The notes under the pieces are model-generated. The model saw only the letters and a list, made by a program, of their open reading frames with translations. It was not told the DNA's origin and did not search any database. DNA of 64,000 bases. Source: Octopus sinensis (lineage: Eukaryota). A program made the translations under genes and the position numbers. Below, one piece after another: positions 24,712-37,241 of this stretch (position 1 is the stretch's first letter; each line of letters starts with the position of its first letter). The stretch is taken from the NCBI RefSeq assembly GCF_006345805.1, contig NC_043010.1, positions 47,740,001 through 47,804,000 on the forward strand, given 5' to 3'.

Positions 24712-24784
<73 letters not shown>

Positions 24785-25519
24785 ATATACATATACATAT
24801 ATACAACGGGCTTCTTTCAGTTTCCAACTACCAAATCCACTCACAAGGCTTTGGTCGGCCTGAGACTATAGTAGAAGACACTTGCCCAAGGTACCACACA
24901 GTGGGACTGAAGTCAGAACCATGTGGTTGGTAAGCAAGCTACTTACCACATAGCCACTAAATAAGCATTACATTCGACAGAGTAAACTGAATGCTAGAGG
25001 GCTAAATCTTATAATAGTAAATGTGTTGTGGTAAGACATAAAACTGTAGTTGTTCTGATTTACTTAGTGAATGAAAACACATTTCACACCTTATTTCATG
25101 ATTGATAATTGTAGAACGAACTTCCCTTCCAGATATAAAATGAATCATTCTGATTGAAATCCATCCTACTCATTCAAGCATGGAAAAATAATTGTAAATA
25201 ACTTTTTTTGATACCAACCCATCAAGGTTTTATACTACAAACTTCTGTTTTAAAGTTGTCTAAAATTAAAATCTCTAACTAAGGTACTCTTCTATTTATT
25301 TCTCTATAACTTCTAAACAGCTTAGACAGAAAGACAAGGAAGTTGCTAACTAGATATGGGACACTCCACCCAAAAAGTGACATAGACAGACTATATGTAC
25401 CAAGAAAAAAAGGGAAGAGGACTTATTGGATGCGAACACAGCATTAGAGCAGAAGAAAACAACATAGCATGGTATGTAAAAAAATGCCACAGAACCACTA
25501 TTATTAGAAGTAAGAAGGT

Positions 25520-25735
25520 CAGGCTTGTGTAGGATGGAAAATTGCGAAGATAAAGGACTGAAAATGAATGAAACTGAAAATAGATGAATAAAGAATGCAT
25601 GGACAATTTCATAGGGATGTTGAAGATGAGACAGACAGAGAAAAAAGATGGTTGTGGATGGCTAAAAGTGATTTAAAACCGGAAATGGAGGCTCTAATCT
25701 GTGCTGCCCAAGAGCAAGCACTAAGAACACCTCTG
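25520..25735 (+). mobile_element. R4/Dong-like non-LTR fragment
   Basis: MHGQFHR...WLWMAKSDLKPEMEALICAAQEQALRT resembles the post-RT motif of R4/Dong-type elements. Confidence 0.65.
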
Positions 25736-26438
25736 GAAACATGGGTGTTTCATTCGGCATCTTTAAATGACTCTCATTTAGGGACCTTTTGAGTGGGATG
25801 GGCTACTCAACCAGAAGAAAATTATAACAGGGTCCCACTTACAAGGTCATGGGCTGTTTATATTGATATGAGATCACCATGTTGTGCACATATGGTTGTG
25901 ATGCATGTGCCTTGTGTACCCTTATCAGATGGGTAGTCATAGTGAGTATATTGGGCTTCGTATATTTGTACCCCAGTGTCACTTTGATGGTATGTGCTGC
26001 TCTCTTACTCATAATAATAATAATCCTTTCTACTAAAGGAACAAGGCCTGAAATTTGATGAGAGAGTACTAGTCAATTACATCTACTCCATTGTTTCACT
26101 GGTACCTAATTTATCAAACAAAAGGATGAAAGGCAAAGTCAACCTCAGCGGAGTGATGGGCAAAATATCACTAAGCATTTCATTCAGTGTCCTAACAATT
26201 CTGCACTAAATAATAATAATAATAACCCTTTGTGCTAAAGGCAAATGACTTGAAATTTTGTGGGAGGAGACTGGTCGATTACATTGATCTCAGTGCTGAA
26301 CTGATAATTATTTTATCGACCTCAAAAGGGTGAAAAGCAAAGTTGACCTTGGCAGAATTTGAACTCAGAACATAAAGATGAATGAAACGCCTCTAAGCAT
26401 TTTACCCAGCATGCTAACAATTCTGCCAGCTCACCACC

Positions 26439-26478
<40 letters not shown>

Positions 26479-26617
26479 TAATAATAATAATTCTTTCTAC
26501 TATAGGCACAAGGCCTGAAATTTGGGGGAGGGGATAGTCAATTATCTTGACCCCAGTGTTTCACTGGTACTTAATTTATTGACCCAAAAATGATGAAAGG
26601 CAAAATCGATCTTGGCA

Positions 26618-26659
<42 letters not shown>

Positions 26660-26982
26660 TAATAAAAATAATAACAATAATGATTTTGGCACAAGGCCAG
26701 CAATTTTAGGGGAGGAGGCAAAGTTAATTACATCGACCCCAATGCTCAACTGGTACTTATTTTATTGACCCCAAAAGGATGAAAGGCAAAGTCAACCTTG
26801 ACAGAATTTGAAATCAGAACATAAAGACAGACAAAATACTGCTAAGGATTTTGCCCAGCCTGCTAGCAATTCTGCCAGCTCGCCGCCTTAAACATAACAA
26901 CCATATTTAAGTTTCATTTCATGAACTTGTTATCACTAGTGCAAATGTTTTAACCTTACAAACTATGAATTGCTAAACTTAC

Positions 26983-27224
26983 CTTCAAATTCGGAAACTT
27001 TTTGAAACAGAGGGAAACGATAGATGTAAATTTTCGGATGTAAGCATTTATCGGATAAAGCAATTAACTTTTCTTTCTGATGCACCGTAAATGCACTGAT
27101 TCCAGTGCCAGGAAAATGAAAAGGTGGCCAGTCCCCAGATATGATTACATTTTTGTCACTTATATAACAATATGTTTCAAAATCAAGGACTTTCAACTGT
27201 GAGCCATTGTAACTTTTATTCCAC
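26983..27224 (-). CDS. CFAP43: CFAP43 exon 2 (WNKSYNGSQLKVLDFETYCY...LSDKCLHPKIYIYRFP...SEFE)
   Basis: ttccag acceptor, GTAAGT donor, 242 nt. Resembles human CFAP43 WVQGF...AFSDRKLKPLIYVYSFP. Confidence 0.9.
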
Positions 27225-29648
27225 CTGGAAACAGAACACATATATTATTATATACATACATTATACATACATATATATATATATATATATACTATTACAT
27301 ATCTGCATTATACATATATAGATATATTACATCATCATTTAGCGTCCGCTTTCCATGCTAGCATGGGTTGGACGGTTCAACTGGGGTCTGGGAAGCCAGA
27401 AGGCTGCACCAGGCCCAGTCTGATCTGGCAATGTTTCTACGGCTGGATGCCCTTCCTAACGCCAACCACTCCGTGAGTGTAGTGGGTACTTTTTATGTGC
27501 CACCGGCACAGATGCCAGACGAGGCTGGCAAATGGCCACGATATATTATATTTTATTACAAAACAATGCATTATATATTGTCAGATTTATACATTATTCA
27601 TATATATTTTTACATTATCATCATCATTGTCCTCCTCATCCTCATCATTATCATCATTTAACATCAACATTTCCTTGTTACACAAGTTGGACGAAGTTTA
27701 TTTGAAGCAGATCTTTTATGGCCAGATGCTAATGAATGACAGATGGTTGACTATAAATCAAATTGCCAGATGCCCTTTGTGCTGCCAACCCTCATCATTA
27801 AAGTGGAAATGGCAGAAATGTTAGAGTGCAATATTTAGTTACATTCTGGGTTCAAACCTTACTGAAGTTATCTTTGCTTTTCATCCTTTAATAAATATCT
27901 GGCACCTCAATAGGTCCTATGGGGCCATGGTCTACATCTGAAAAGTCCTCTCCAGTGTGCAGGCTTGGAAAAGTTTTTCTTTTTCTTTATGTAAGACCAG
28001 TAGCTGTCTCCCTGTGTACAAGTCTCTCCTTCCCATTCCTATTTCTTTACTACCCACAAGGAGCCAAACACAGAGAGGACAAACAAGGACAAACAAACTG
28101 ATAAAGTCGATTACATCAACCCCAGTGCGTAACTGGTCCTTAATTTATCGACCCCGAAAGGATAAAAGGCAAAGTTGACCTCAGCGGAATTTGAATTCAG
28201 AACGTAACAGCAGACAAAATACCTATTTCTTTATTACCCACAAGGGGCTAAACATAGAGGGGACAAACAAGGACAGACATAGGTATTAAGTCGATTACAT
28301 CGACCCCAGTGCGTAACTGGTTCTTAATTTATCGACCCCGAAAGGATAAAAGGCAAAGTTGACCTCAGCGGAATTTGAATTCAGAACGTAACAGCAGACA
28401 AAATACCACTAAGCATTTCACCTGGCGCGCTAACATTTCCGCCAGCTCACCACCTTTCCTTCCCATACCATTAATGTTGTCCAAGGGAAAGGCACCAGGG
28501 TCATCACAGGCATTGTCATCAGAAAAACATACATGGTAGGATAGAGTCTCAAAAGACATCTCAACTGGCACTCAAACAATTTTGTCAATGCATTGGCTTG
28601 GCCTGGACTGGTATGAATGAGAAGTGAAGTTGACTTCAGTAAGATTTGAATTCAGCATGCTTGGAGCTGGAACTAATGAAAAGGGTCCATAGATAAAAAA
28701 AAAAAAAAAAAGGTGGAGGCGTTGAGAACCATTGTACCAAAGTTACAAGACCAGAAATTTTGTACTGATGATTACATCGATCCCAGTACTTAGCTGGTAC
28801 TTTATTTCATTTCTTGCATTGCCATAAAGGCAGAACACAGATAATGTAGTTTTGCGGGATGGACACAAACATTAATGAAATGACTGATAATGATACACTA
28901 ATGAAAAAGATGGGAGAAGCCAGAAAGCGCCCGCCGACCCTCTGCTTCTCTATAACATTGTTCTTTACAAAACACATAAGCTGGGGTCTTAACCCTCTTA
29001 CAATTTTTAAAATACAATATTTGAACTAAAAGAAAAGTCCATACAAATATAATATACAATTTATATTCAAATTTGAGGCAACTAACCTCTACAACCCTTC
29101 CTCGAGCAGTTCTCTTGCGATCTGTAGGCTTTCCTGCAACTGCAATACGGGGTTGTATATCATCGACCTTGATGCACAAAGTCAGAAATTTTGGAGGTAA
29201 GGCTTAGTCGATTATAGCAACTCCCAATATGTATAGAACTTTGTTTTATCAGCCCCAGAAGGATGACAAGCAAAGTTGGACTTAGGAAGAATATGAACTA
29301 AGAGCGTCCATAAATGATCGTAATCAAATACTGCAAGACATTTTGTCCAATACAAAAAACGATTCAACCAATTTAATTGTGTGTGTGTGTTTAATTTCTT
29401 TTTTATACAACAATCAATTAGATCGATGTCAGTACTTGACAGGTATTTACTTTATCGACCCTGGAAGAAAGAAAGACAACATCGACTTCGGCAGAAACAA
29501 AAGAGACTCATTTAATCACCACAGGACATTTTGAGAGTTACGTTACCAATTTTGTCAATCTAATTTACCGCCAACACGAGGACAACAGAACAGACATTAC
29601 AAAGACAAATTTAAACACTAATAATAATTACGAAACAATAAAACTTAC

Positions 29649-29677
29649 AGTAAAGAAAAATGTGATTTATCGATCAT
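29649..29677 (-). CDS. CFAP43: CFAP43 exon 1 (MIDKSHFSL-, phase 2)
   Basis: ATG at 29677, ends CT|GTAAGT. 29 nt gives phase 2, matching the G|TGG start of exon 2. X-box cluster about 130 bp upstream. The exon is short, so the call rests on phase and context. Confidence 0.7.
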
Positions 29678-29780
29678 TTTTCTGGTAGGTTGAAATTAAA
29701 AGTCTTGAGGGAATTATTGTTTTTTGCTTTTTTTTTGTTGTTGTTGTTTTTGTTGCTTTAATTTAAGAGTAATAAGATAT

Positions 29781-29855
29781 AAAGTAAATAATGGTGCAGT
29801 CGGTTGCTAGCGGATACTTCATCCATGGTAACAGTTGCTAAGTATTTACACGTGA
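29781..29855. promoter_or_regulatory. CFAP43 promoter: RFX X-box cluster with forkhead motifs
   Basis: GTTGCTAGCGGATAC (29803-29817), CATGGTAAC (29824-29832), GTTGCTAAG (29834), GTAAATA/TATTTAC forkhead cores and a CACGTG E-box, 100-180 bp upstream of the CFAP43 ATG. Confidence 0.6.
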
Positions 29856-30358
29856 GAATGGAATGTTTTGTTTTCATTCGGACACTTTGCTGTGATCAGC
29901 GACGAGAATGTGTGGTGAGACGCAAGGAGGGTGTTCTATGTACATATATTATATTATATTATAATAGGCGACGAGCTGGCAGAAACGTTAGCACGTCGGT
30001 CGAAATGCGTAGCCGTATTTCGTCTGCCGTTACGTCCTGAGTTCAAATTCCGCCGAGGTCGACTTTGCCTTTCATCCTTTCGGGGTCGATTAAATAAGTA
30101 CCAGTTACCCACTGGGGTCGATGTAATCGACTTAATCCGTTTGTCTGTCTATATATATATCATTTCAATGACACTTGTGCAAAATGTCTCAGTGACTTCA
30201 AAAGTTTATAATTAAAGTAACATATGTGTACCGTAAAAAAAATAATAGTATTTTAGTCATGTAAAACATATAGTGTTAAATTTCAGTTTTAACGTACAGG
30301 TTGTTAAATCGAAAATTGTAATATTTCTGGTCAAATATTATTATTAGTAGTATTCAGC

Positions 30359-30487
30359 GGCGGAGGTAAAGAATGCGCCCACCACCCGTTTTCGGCGTAA
30401 CAAAAACCCTAATCCTCACCATAAACCCTAACCCTAACCTTAAACCCTAACCCTAATCACCGGGTTTGCGCATTCTTTACCTCCGCC
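30359..30487. mobile_element. 129-bp MITE with 20-bp TIRs and internal (CCCTAA)-like repeats
   Basis: GGCGGAGGTAAAGAATGCGC / perfect reverse complement. TATTCAGC duplicated on both sides (one extra A on the right). Confidence 0.85.
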
Positions 30488-31058
30488 ATATTCAGCTGTT
30501 CTTTATTTTGAATTTTTCAGTGAGTCAGGAGCGTAAAAAAAAAATTGATATATCTCTCTCAATGATTTGAGGGAGATCTGACTGATATTTCCAACGTTTT
30601 AAGTGACCATGTTGGGGAAATCTCCTGTGAGGTTATCCTTGCTAGATGTTTTACCATTATATTTTATATCATTTATATAATTTAATTTCATTTAACACTC
30701 TTTCACTTTACTTTTATAATTAGACTTGCCTTTATATTAATACACGAATGCAGCATGAAAACGGCGTTTTATTTACAATATTTTTCAGCTACATTAAATC
30801 ATTAATCACAGTCACAAGACCGAATATTTGCTGAATAAGAGGAGCAGTCAATTAAATCGAGTATATTCTCATATCTTTTATTTGCTCTAGTCATTGGAAT
30901 ACGTCTATCCTAGGGAATTACCTTGAAGGGTTTTAGTCGAACGAATCTGTCCCAATACTTATTTTTAAGGCCTGGTATTCTCTAAATCTCTTTAGTCAAA
31001 CCGCTTAGTTACGGGGATAAAACAAACCAACACCGGTCGTCAAGTGGTGGTAAAGACG

Positions 31059-31630
31059 CATGAAGGAAAGACTTCCTCCCGTCCGACCCCTATTTCTTCC
31101 CCAGTTTTTTTTCTTTTTTTTTTTTTTTTTTTTTTTGCCAAAACCCTCGTTTTCGGAAACGGAGATTCCGGAAAATTGCTAGAAATCGTCATTTTGAAAT
31201 TTTGCTCTCCCCATCCCCCACCCCCAATTTCCCTAGCCCTAACCCTAATCCTAACCACAAAAAGTTTTGGAAATTTTTTTCGGAATCATAATCTCCGTAT
31301 TTTCCCGCATATTTTGAAATTTCTGGAAAAAAAGTAGCCGTACACTGCGAGGGGAGAGGGAGGTGTAATTTTTTTTTTTTTTTTGAAATTTTACAAAAAG
31401 TTTTGGAAATTTTTGTCAGAATCATAATCTCCGTATTTTTCCGCATATTTTGAAAAAAAATTCCGAAAATAGTTTTAAAAATGAAGAAATTAGGGGTGGG
31501 GTAATTTCAAAATGCCGATTTTTGCCAATTGTTTTGCAAATTCATATTCTCTGTAGCCGAAAAGTGGGGTTTGTGTAGAAAAAAATATGAAAAAGGGGGT
31601 GGGGGTACAAAAGGAAGTCTTGCCCGCATG
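31059..31630. mobile_element. 572-bp element with imperfect 19-bp TIRs inserted in a SINE
   Basis: CATGAAGGAAAGACTTCCT ... AGGAAGTCTTGCCCGCATG. Internal about 62-bp direct repeat (31257/31393). The SINE sequence resumes after 31630. Confidence 0.6.
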
Positions 31631-31799
31631 AACACAAAGACACACAAGATCGTTAATCAACCTGAAAGACCATAAGCCTAACTTTACGACTAACCCATCT
31701 ATCAAACTCATATGCCTCTCAAAATCCGATTTAGGCAAAATTAGTGAGCATATTATTGGTATGTACGTACTAACATTAAGGAATGCTATAAAACGTAAC

Positions 31800-32605
31800 T
31801 TATGGTCTAGCTCTTACGAAGTAATAAATTGATTCCCTAATAGTAGCGATAAAAACAAACTAAATTCATTCAATTGAATATTTCTAACTATTACACTTCT
31901 ATCAACCCCATCATTCTCAACAAGGCACTGTTATCTGCTATGAAAAACTCTATTCTATCTAAAGAAGTAGATATTATTTTAACAGCTAGAAAATGTATTA
32001 TCGAATTTGAGAGAAAGTACTAAGGAAGGACAAATCTGATACATTCGACATTACCATGGGATCCAGTGATTCCGCTCAGGTAACTGACCTAGTAGGTAGA
32101 TATCCTATTCTGTATAAGAATTGAATTTCCGTTAATGGGAAGAGGATTACATAGGCACAACGCTCTATTCACATTACATAAATCTAATATTGTTAAATTA
32201 GAAAAATATTTTTTAGTTATTTAGTTTTCTCCAGGGTCTAGGTTTATCTATCTCCATAGAACACACTAGAGTTAACTTTTGGGATGCTACCTTGAATTTG
32301 AGAACTGGGGAATATGGTAGAATTTCGCACATTTATATTGGAGCATGCTCAACAAATTTAAAGATGAGTCTGCTTCACTTAAAAATGGAGAGAAGATGCA
32401 TTACATGAGCTAAAGTTTGTTTATCTGGTCACTTAAGGATAGAAACACTAACTTTAATATAGAATGAGAACTGATAGGCGGAGCAGAACCTAATGTAATT
32501 GGGAGAAAAAGATACGATCTATGCGTAGAAGAAATATTCCATATTTTCACGTCTAAATACCGGTTGCTTAATAGCAGGCAAGAACAGGCCCTAATATGTC
32601 CGTGA
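31800..32605 (+). mobile_element. Decayed Penelope-like element ORF (RT plus GIY-YIG endonuclease)
   Basis: KFIQLNISNYYTSI (31862), FDITMGSSDSAQVTDLVG (32044), GLSISIEHTRVNFWDATLNL, HIYIGAC, IWSLKD...YDLCVEE...LLNSRQE...CP. Contains stops, frameshifts and deletions. Confidence 0.85.
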
Positions 32606-33677
32606 TTTAACAGAAGGGCATTCAAATACTTCCATACAAAGTATTTTTAATTAAGTAAGCACCACATAAAGAGGAGGTACCTGAGATTATATGGTAAATG
32701 TCAGTGTAATATCTACTTTGCCTATAACAAGTTGTAATCAGTATTCTCAATAAGTAAAACTACATATTTGAAAATTCTTGCAACACCTATAGGACAATGA
32801 CATTACATGTAATTTAAATCTTGATTTATACAAAGAAAAATTTGAATTGGCCTCACCAGAAAGTTCTACATTTCTCATATTTTTAAATTTTATCTCAATT
32901 TGTGACCAGTAATTGAACGCAATATCTAGAGCTAACTAATTCCTAATCCCCTTAGGCTAGTGTTAGAGTTCTTAAAAAAATATACTTTGACCCAATTAAA
33001 GGTCTAGTATTCTCAAATCGAAATTCAAACCTCGGGTCAATATGGGTCAATCTCATAGCAGTTTTTATTGCCGTATCAGGTTTCCAAGGCCTCCTCTCAC
33101 ATGGTTTGCACACAAAAACTATAGTCACCTAACAAATATAATGCTAGCTAAACCTACATACAGTTCGCATCAGACCATGTCAGTGGATGGACCTTGAATA
33201 AAGTTGCGTAGACCAATACACAGTCGAAAGTAACTGGATACAAATGCCAATGTGAGATGTCTATGCAGCAGAAACGGGCGTCGGACACATTTAAATTTAA
33301 AATGCTGTATAATTGACCTTAGAAATAAAAAATTTATATATATGCAGATGAACTAATCTCCGTATTCATTGTAATTGGTTATGGCCAGCCAGGAAGTGAC
33401 CGTTAGTTTCACACCTATAGTAGTAATTTTATACTTGGGTATACATTTTGTAGTATGCTTTTTGAAGCCTGTTCACAGTATTCGGCTACGTGATGTCAAG
33501 AGCAGTACAGAGGTATATGCCACTGAATTTATTGCAGGAATTCCTTTGTTCCCATAGAGATTATATAAAAAAAATAAGAGATAGAAATATATGTATGTAT
33601 ATATTTAAGTATATAATAAATACGTAATGTATGTATATATATACATACATTATATTTATATATAATGTGTTTATATA

Positions 33678-33717
<40 letters not shown>

Positions 33718-33769
33718 CACACATATGTATGGATGGATGGAAAACACGGGGAGATTCAGTTATGACCTT

Positions 33770-33920
33770 TAGCCTCAGATAGTTTCTTGAGAAACGCATA
33801 GAGTAGACTTCTCGCCTGCCAAGTTTTTGCTGACGTAGAAAAAAGCCTTTGACACAGTGAATAAAAATGTACTGCGGAGAATCTTAGAAAAATTGGTTAG
33901 CCACCTAAGTTTCTTGACAT
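33770..33920 (+). mobile_element. RTE/BovB-like RT fragment
   Basis: FSLR*FLEKRIE...FADVEKAFDTVN...ILEKL. Confidence 0.65.
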
Positions 33921-34628
33921 TGTAGCAGTGATTGACAACGGAGCCGCAAGGCACTTATTCTATAGATATATTTCTCCAAACCGCTAAGGCACAGGGATGT
34001 AAACACACCAACATTGGTTGTCAAGCGGTGATGGAGGACAAACACAACACACAAAGACACTCACACATAGATATACACATATAATATAGACGACGAGCTT
34101 CTATCAGTTTCCATCCACTAAATCCACTCACAGAGCTTTGATTGGCCCGAGGCTATAGTAGAAGACACTTACCCGCGATGTCATGCAGTGGGACTGAACT
34201 CAGAACCATTTGGCTGGAAAGCAAGCTTCTTATAACTCAGCCACGATGCAGTGGGACTGAACTCAGAACTATTTGGTTGGAAAGTAAGCTTCTTATAACA
34301 CAGCCACGCCTACGACTATCTAGACATTTTTGTCTACTATTACTCCAAAATTAAACTATTTAATTTGAACTGTTTCACAACTAAAATATCCTTAAAACGC
34401 TAGTTAGCAATTTGTTGTACATCAATGTCCTCATAACTTAGCGGTTCGGTGAAAGATCGATAGAATAAGTACCAGGCTTTCACAAAATAAAAGTACTGGG
34501 GTGAATGTGTTCAAGCCGGTACTCCAGCATGGCCGCATTCCAGCGACTGAAACAAGTAAAATACACTCATATATTACACATATATATAATATAATTACAT
34601 AAAATGCGTAATTAAATAAAAACGTAAC

Positions 34629-34710
34629 CGACGAGGATGAGATTCGAACTCACGCGGGGAGACCCCAATGGATTAGCAGTCCATCGCCTTAACCACTCGG
34701 CCACCTCGTC
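34629..34710 (-). tRNA. tRNA-Ser(GCT)
   Basis: GACGAGGTGGCCGAGTGGTTAAGGCGATGGACTGCTAATCCATTGGGGTCTCCCCGCGTGAGTTCGAATCTCATCCTCGTCG: 82 nt, all stems pair, long variable arm, A and B boxes present, TTTTT terminator about 7 nt downstream. Confidence 0.95.
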
Positions 34711-35543
34711 TTCTTGTAAACCAGAGTGGCTAGAAATGAATATGCTTTTATTTTGATGTTTTCTTTTTATATTCTTTCATTTTACTGATAGTTCACCGGC
34801 TATTTTAAGGGGATTTAGTCCCAGATCAGCACTATATGAACAGACATAGTATATCAGGGACTACATTATCCAATGTATCTTCTGTTTATTTTTAGGGCTG
34901 TTTTGAAAAAGACGATATTTAAGTGAGATCTGCACGCTGCTTCTTAGACTGTATTGAAGATCGTTGAATTGAGGGTCCTAAAGATGCGTACCGAGAGGTT
35001 AAAATAAAATCCTAACTCTAACCTTAAATTTTCTAAAAATTGTTCTGTTTTTAATCTTAATTATAAGACAGAGCAATCTCGCAGTTAATTTAAATAACAC
35101 TTTCACTTTGCCAGAAATTGCTCTTTCTCTCCCTCCCTCGCTCTCTTTCTCTGTCGCACGCGGTTTCTTTTTTTTTCAGTCCTTTTTCTCGTCTCTTTAT
35201 CTCTCTCTCTCTCTCTCTCGTTCGTAATGGATATGTTAAATTTTGATGTATTCCTTTTGTTTTTATCTATGCTTTTTTCCCCTTTCGTTTAGATTATATG
35301 GCAATTTTGTTTTTATTTCCGATTGGTTGTTAACTGAAACTCTTAAAACAGTCTTGTCCGACAGCAACATGTTATTAGTGTTTAAAATCAATGTGTGGTA
35401 AGAAGCTTGCTTCTCAACCACATAGTCCCAGGTTCCACTCCACTGCGTGGCACATTATGCGAGTGTCTTCTGCTATAGCCTCGGTCCGACTAAAGCCTTG
35501 TGAGTGGATTTGGTAGACGGGAGCTGAAAAGAAGCCTGTCCTG

Positions 35544-35622
<79 letters not shown>

Positions 35623-35777
35623 ATGTATGTATATATTTATGTGTCGGTGTTTGTTCCCCACTACCGCTTGACAACCGGTGTTGGTGTGTTTACGCTCCCG
35701 TAACTTAGCGGCTTGATAAAACAGATCAATAGAATAAGTACTAGGCTTTAGAAAATAAATCTTGGGGTCGATTCATT

Positions 35778-35869
35778 GGTGAAGGTAACGAATACGCATA
35801 CCCGGTGTTTAGGGTTAGGGTTTAAGGGTTACGCCAGAAACGGGTGGTGTGCGTATTCTTTACTCCGCC
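35778..35869. mobile_element. Second, shorter copy of the telomere-repeat MITE, inserted in a SINE
   Basis: Opposite orientation, GATTCATT 8-bp TSD on both sides, interrupts a SINE 3' region. Confidence 0.8.
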
Positions 35870-37058
35870 GATTCATTCGACTAAAAATTCTTCAAGGCGG
35901 TGCCCCAGCATGGCCGCAGTCTAATGATAAGATCGCAGTCATCAAATATGCGAGCAACCATGACTGTAAAAAATATGGAGTCTGAAGTTGGCGAAGGTAT
36001 ATCGCCCTATTTAACACCATTGTGTTGGATAAACATGTTGCGAGGGATGTTTGTTGTTGTCGGGTCCCAGCGTGGCCGCAATCAAATAACTGAAACAAGT
36101 ATAAGTTATATAGGTATTAATACCGAGAGGTGATATCATCACTTAAACGTGGATGTTTTGTTTCTTCTACCGCTGTATAATTTCTAACAGCGTTACACAC
36201 ACATCACAGCAACACGCATCACACTCATATATATTTGTTTCTAATTTAGGTACAAAGCCAGCAGTTTTTGAGGGGAGGTGGGTTAGTCAGTGCCATTGGC
36301 CTCGGTACTTGGCTGATACTTTATTTTGTTCACACCGAAAGGATGAAAAACAGACGACCTCGGTGGAATTTGAGCTCAGAATGCGAAGAACCTAAATTCC
36401 ATAAGCATTCTCCCGATGTCTTACGATCCTGCTTCACACACACACACACACACACACACACAATATATATAACCTAATTTATCCTTTTTTTTAACCTCAT
36501 CTTCGGGTTATTTATAATTTTAGCTTACAAAATATCTGTCTGGACTTATCCTTGTTATTTTGTACATACACAAACAGACATATTACCTGGTTTCACTGTG
36601 AAGTGAAATAAGATTAGTCACACATTCTTTCTATACTAACAATGTGTGAATAAAAATAGGGCTGGAGTTTACAAGTATTTAGTAGACCAGCATCTGATTC
36701 GTCCTGATTCAGTTCCTTAGGCAAGTACAAGTGAAGTCTATGCTTCATAATTAATATGGAAACAAGTGCAGAGTTGTCTCCCATACTTGAAAGAATTTTA
36801 ATATTACGGTAAATGGCATAAGAAAACTAGAATAAAGTCGAGAATAAATTATTCGGAGACGCCATCTGCTTGATAAGATATAGTTAATTTTGAGTTAACA
36901 TATTTAATGTAAGGAGTGTTCAAAAGAAAGTAATTCAGAAAGACTTTGCAACTCATCCTAAAATCTAACAGTAATGGTGTGACTAGATTTTACTAATGAG
37001 GTCTAACGAAACTGAAACATGCCCACACTCATTCTGCACTGCATTCTATTTCTAAACC

Positions 37059-37241
37059 CTGAAGTATCGGAACCTGACAGTGAACTATCTCTTCCAGCCT
37101 GTGGCGTTGGCGACGTTCGGAGGGTCTGGCCCACTAACAGATGATACCCGTGATGGCGCCTGGCTTTCCCAACGCTTTAACTTCGCCATCGCCCGTGGTA
37201 ATGCTACGAGCGTGCTGACTTACTTCTGTAGGTTCTGTTAA
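37059..37241 (+). mobile_element. CRE-like non-LTR C-terminal restriction-like endonuclease fragment
   Basis: LKYRNLTVNYLFQPVALATFGGSGP...WLSQRFNFAIARGNATSVL*; K-Y / PVA-ET-G / QR-S-AI-RGNA signature. Confidence 0.7.

Noticed and set aside
28898-29179. 93-aa ORF as CFAP43 first exon
   Set aside because: No CFAP43 similarity and no suitable phase-2 donor. 29649-29677 fits phase and promoter context better.
30405-30460. CCCTAA repeats as a telomere or fusion site
   Set aside because: Only a few degenerate units, and they lie inside a TIR/TSD-bounded MITE.
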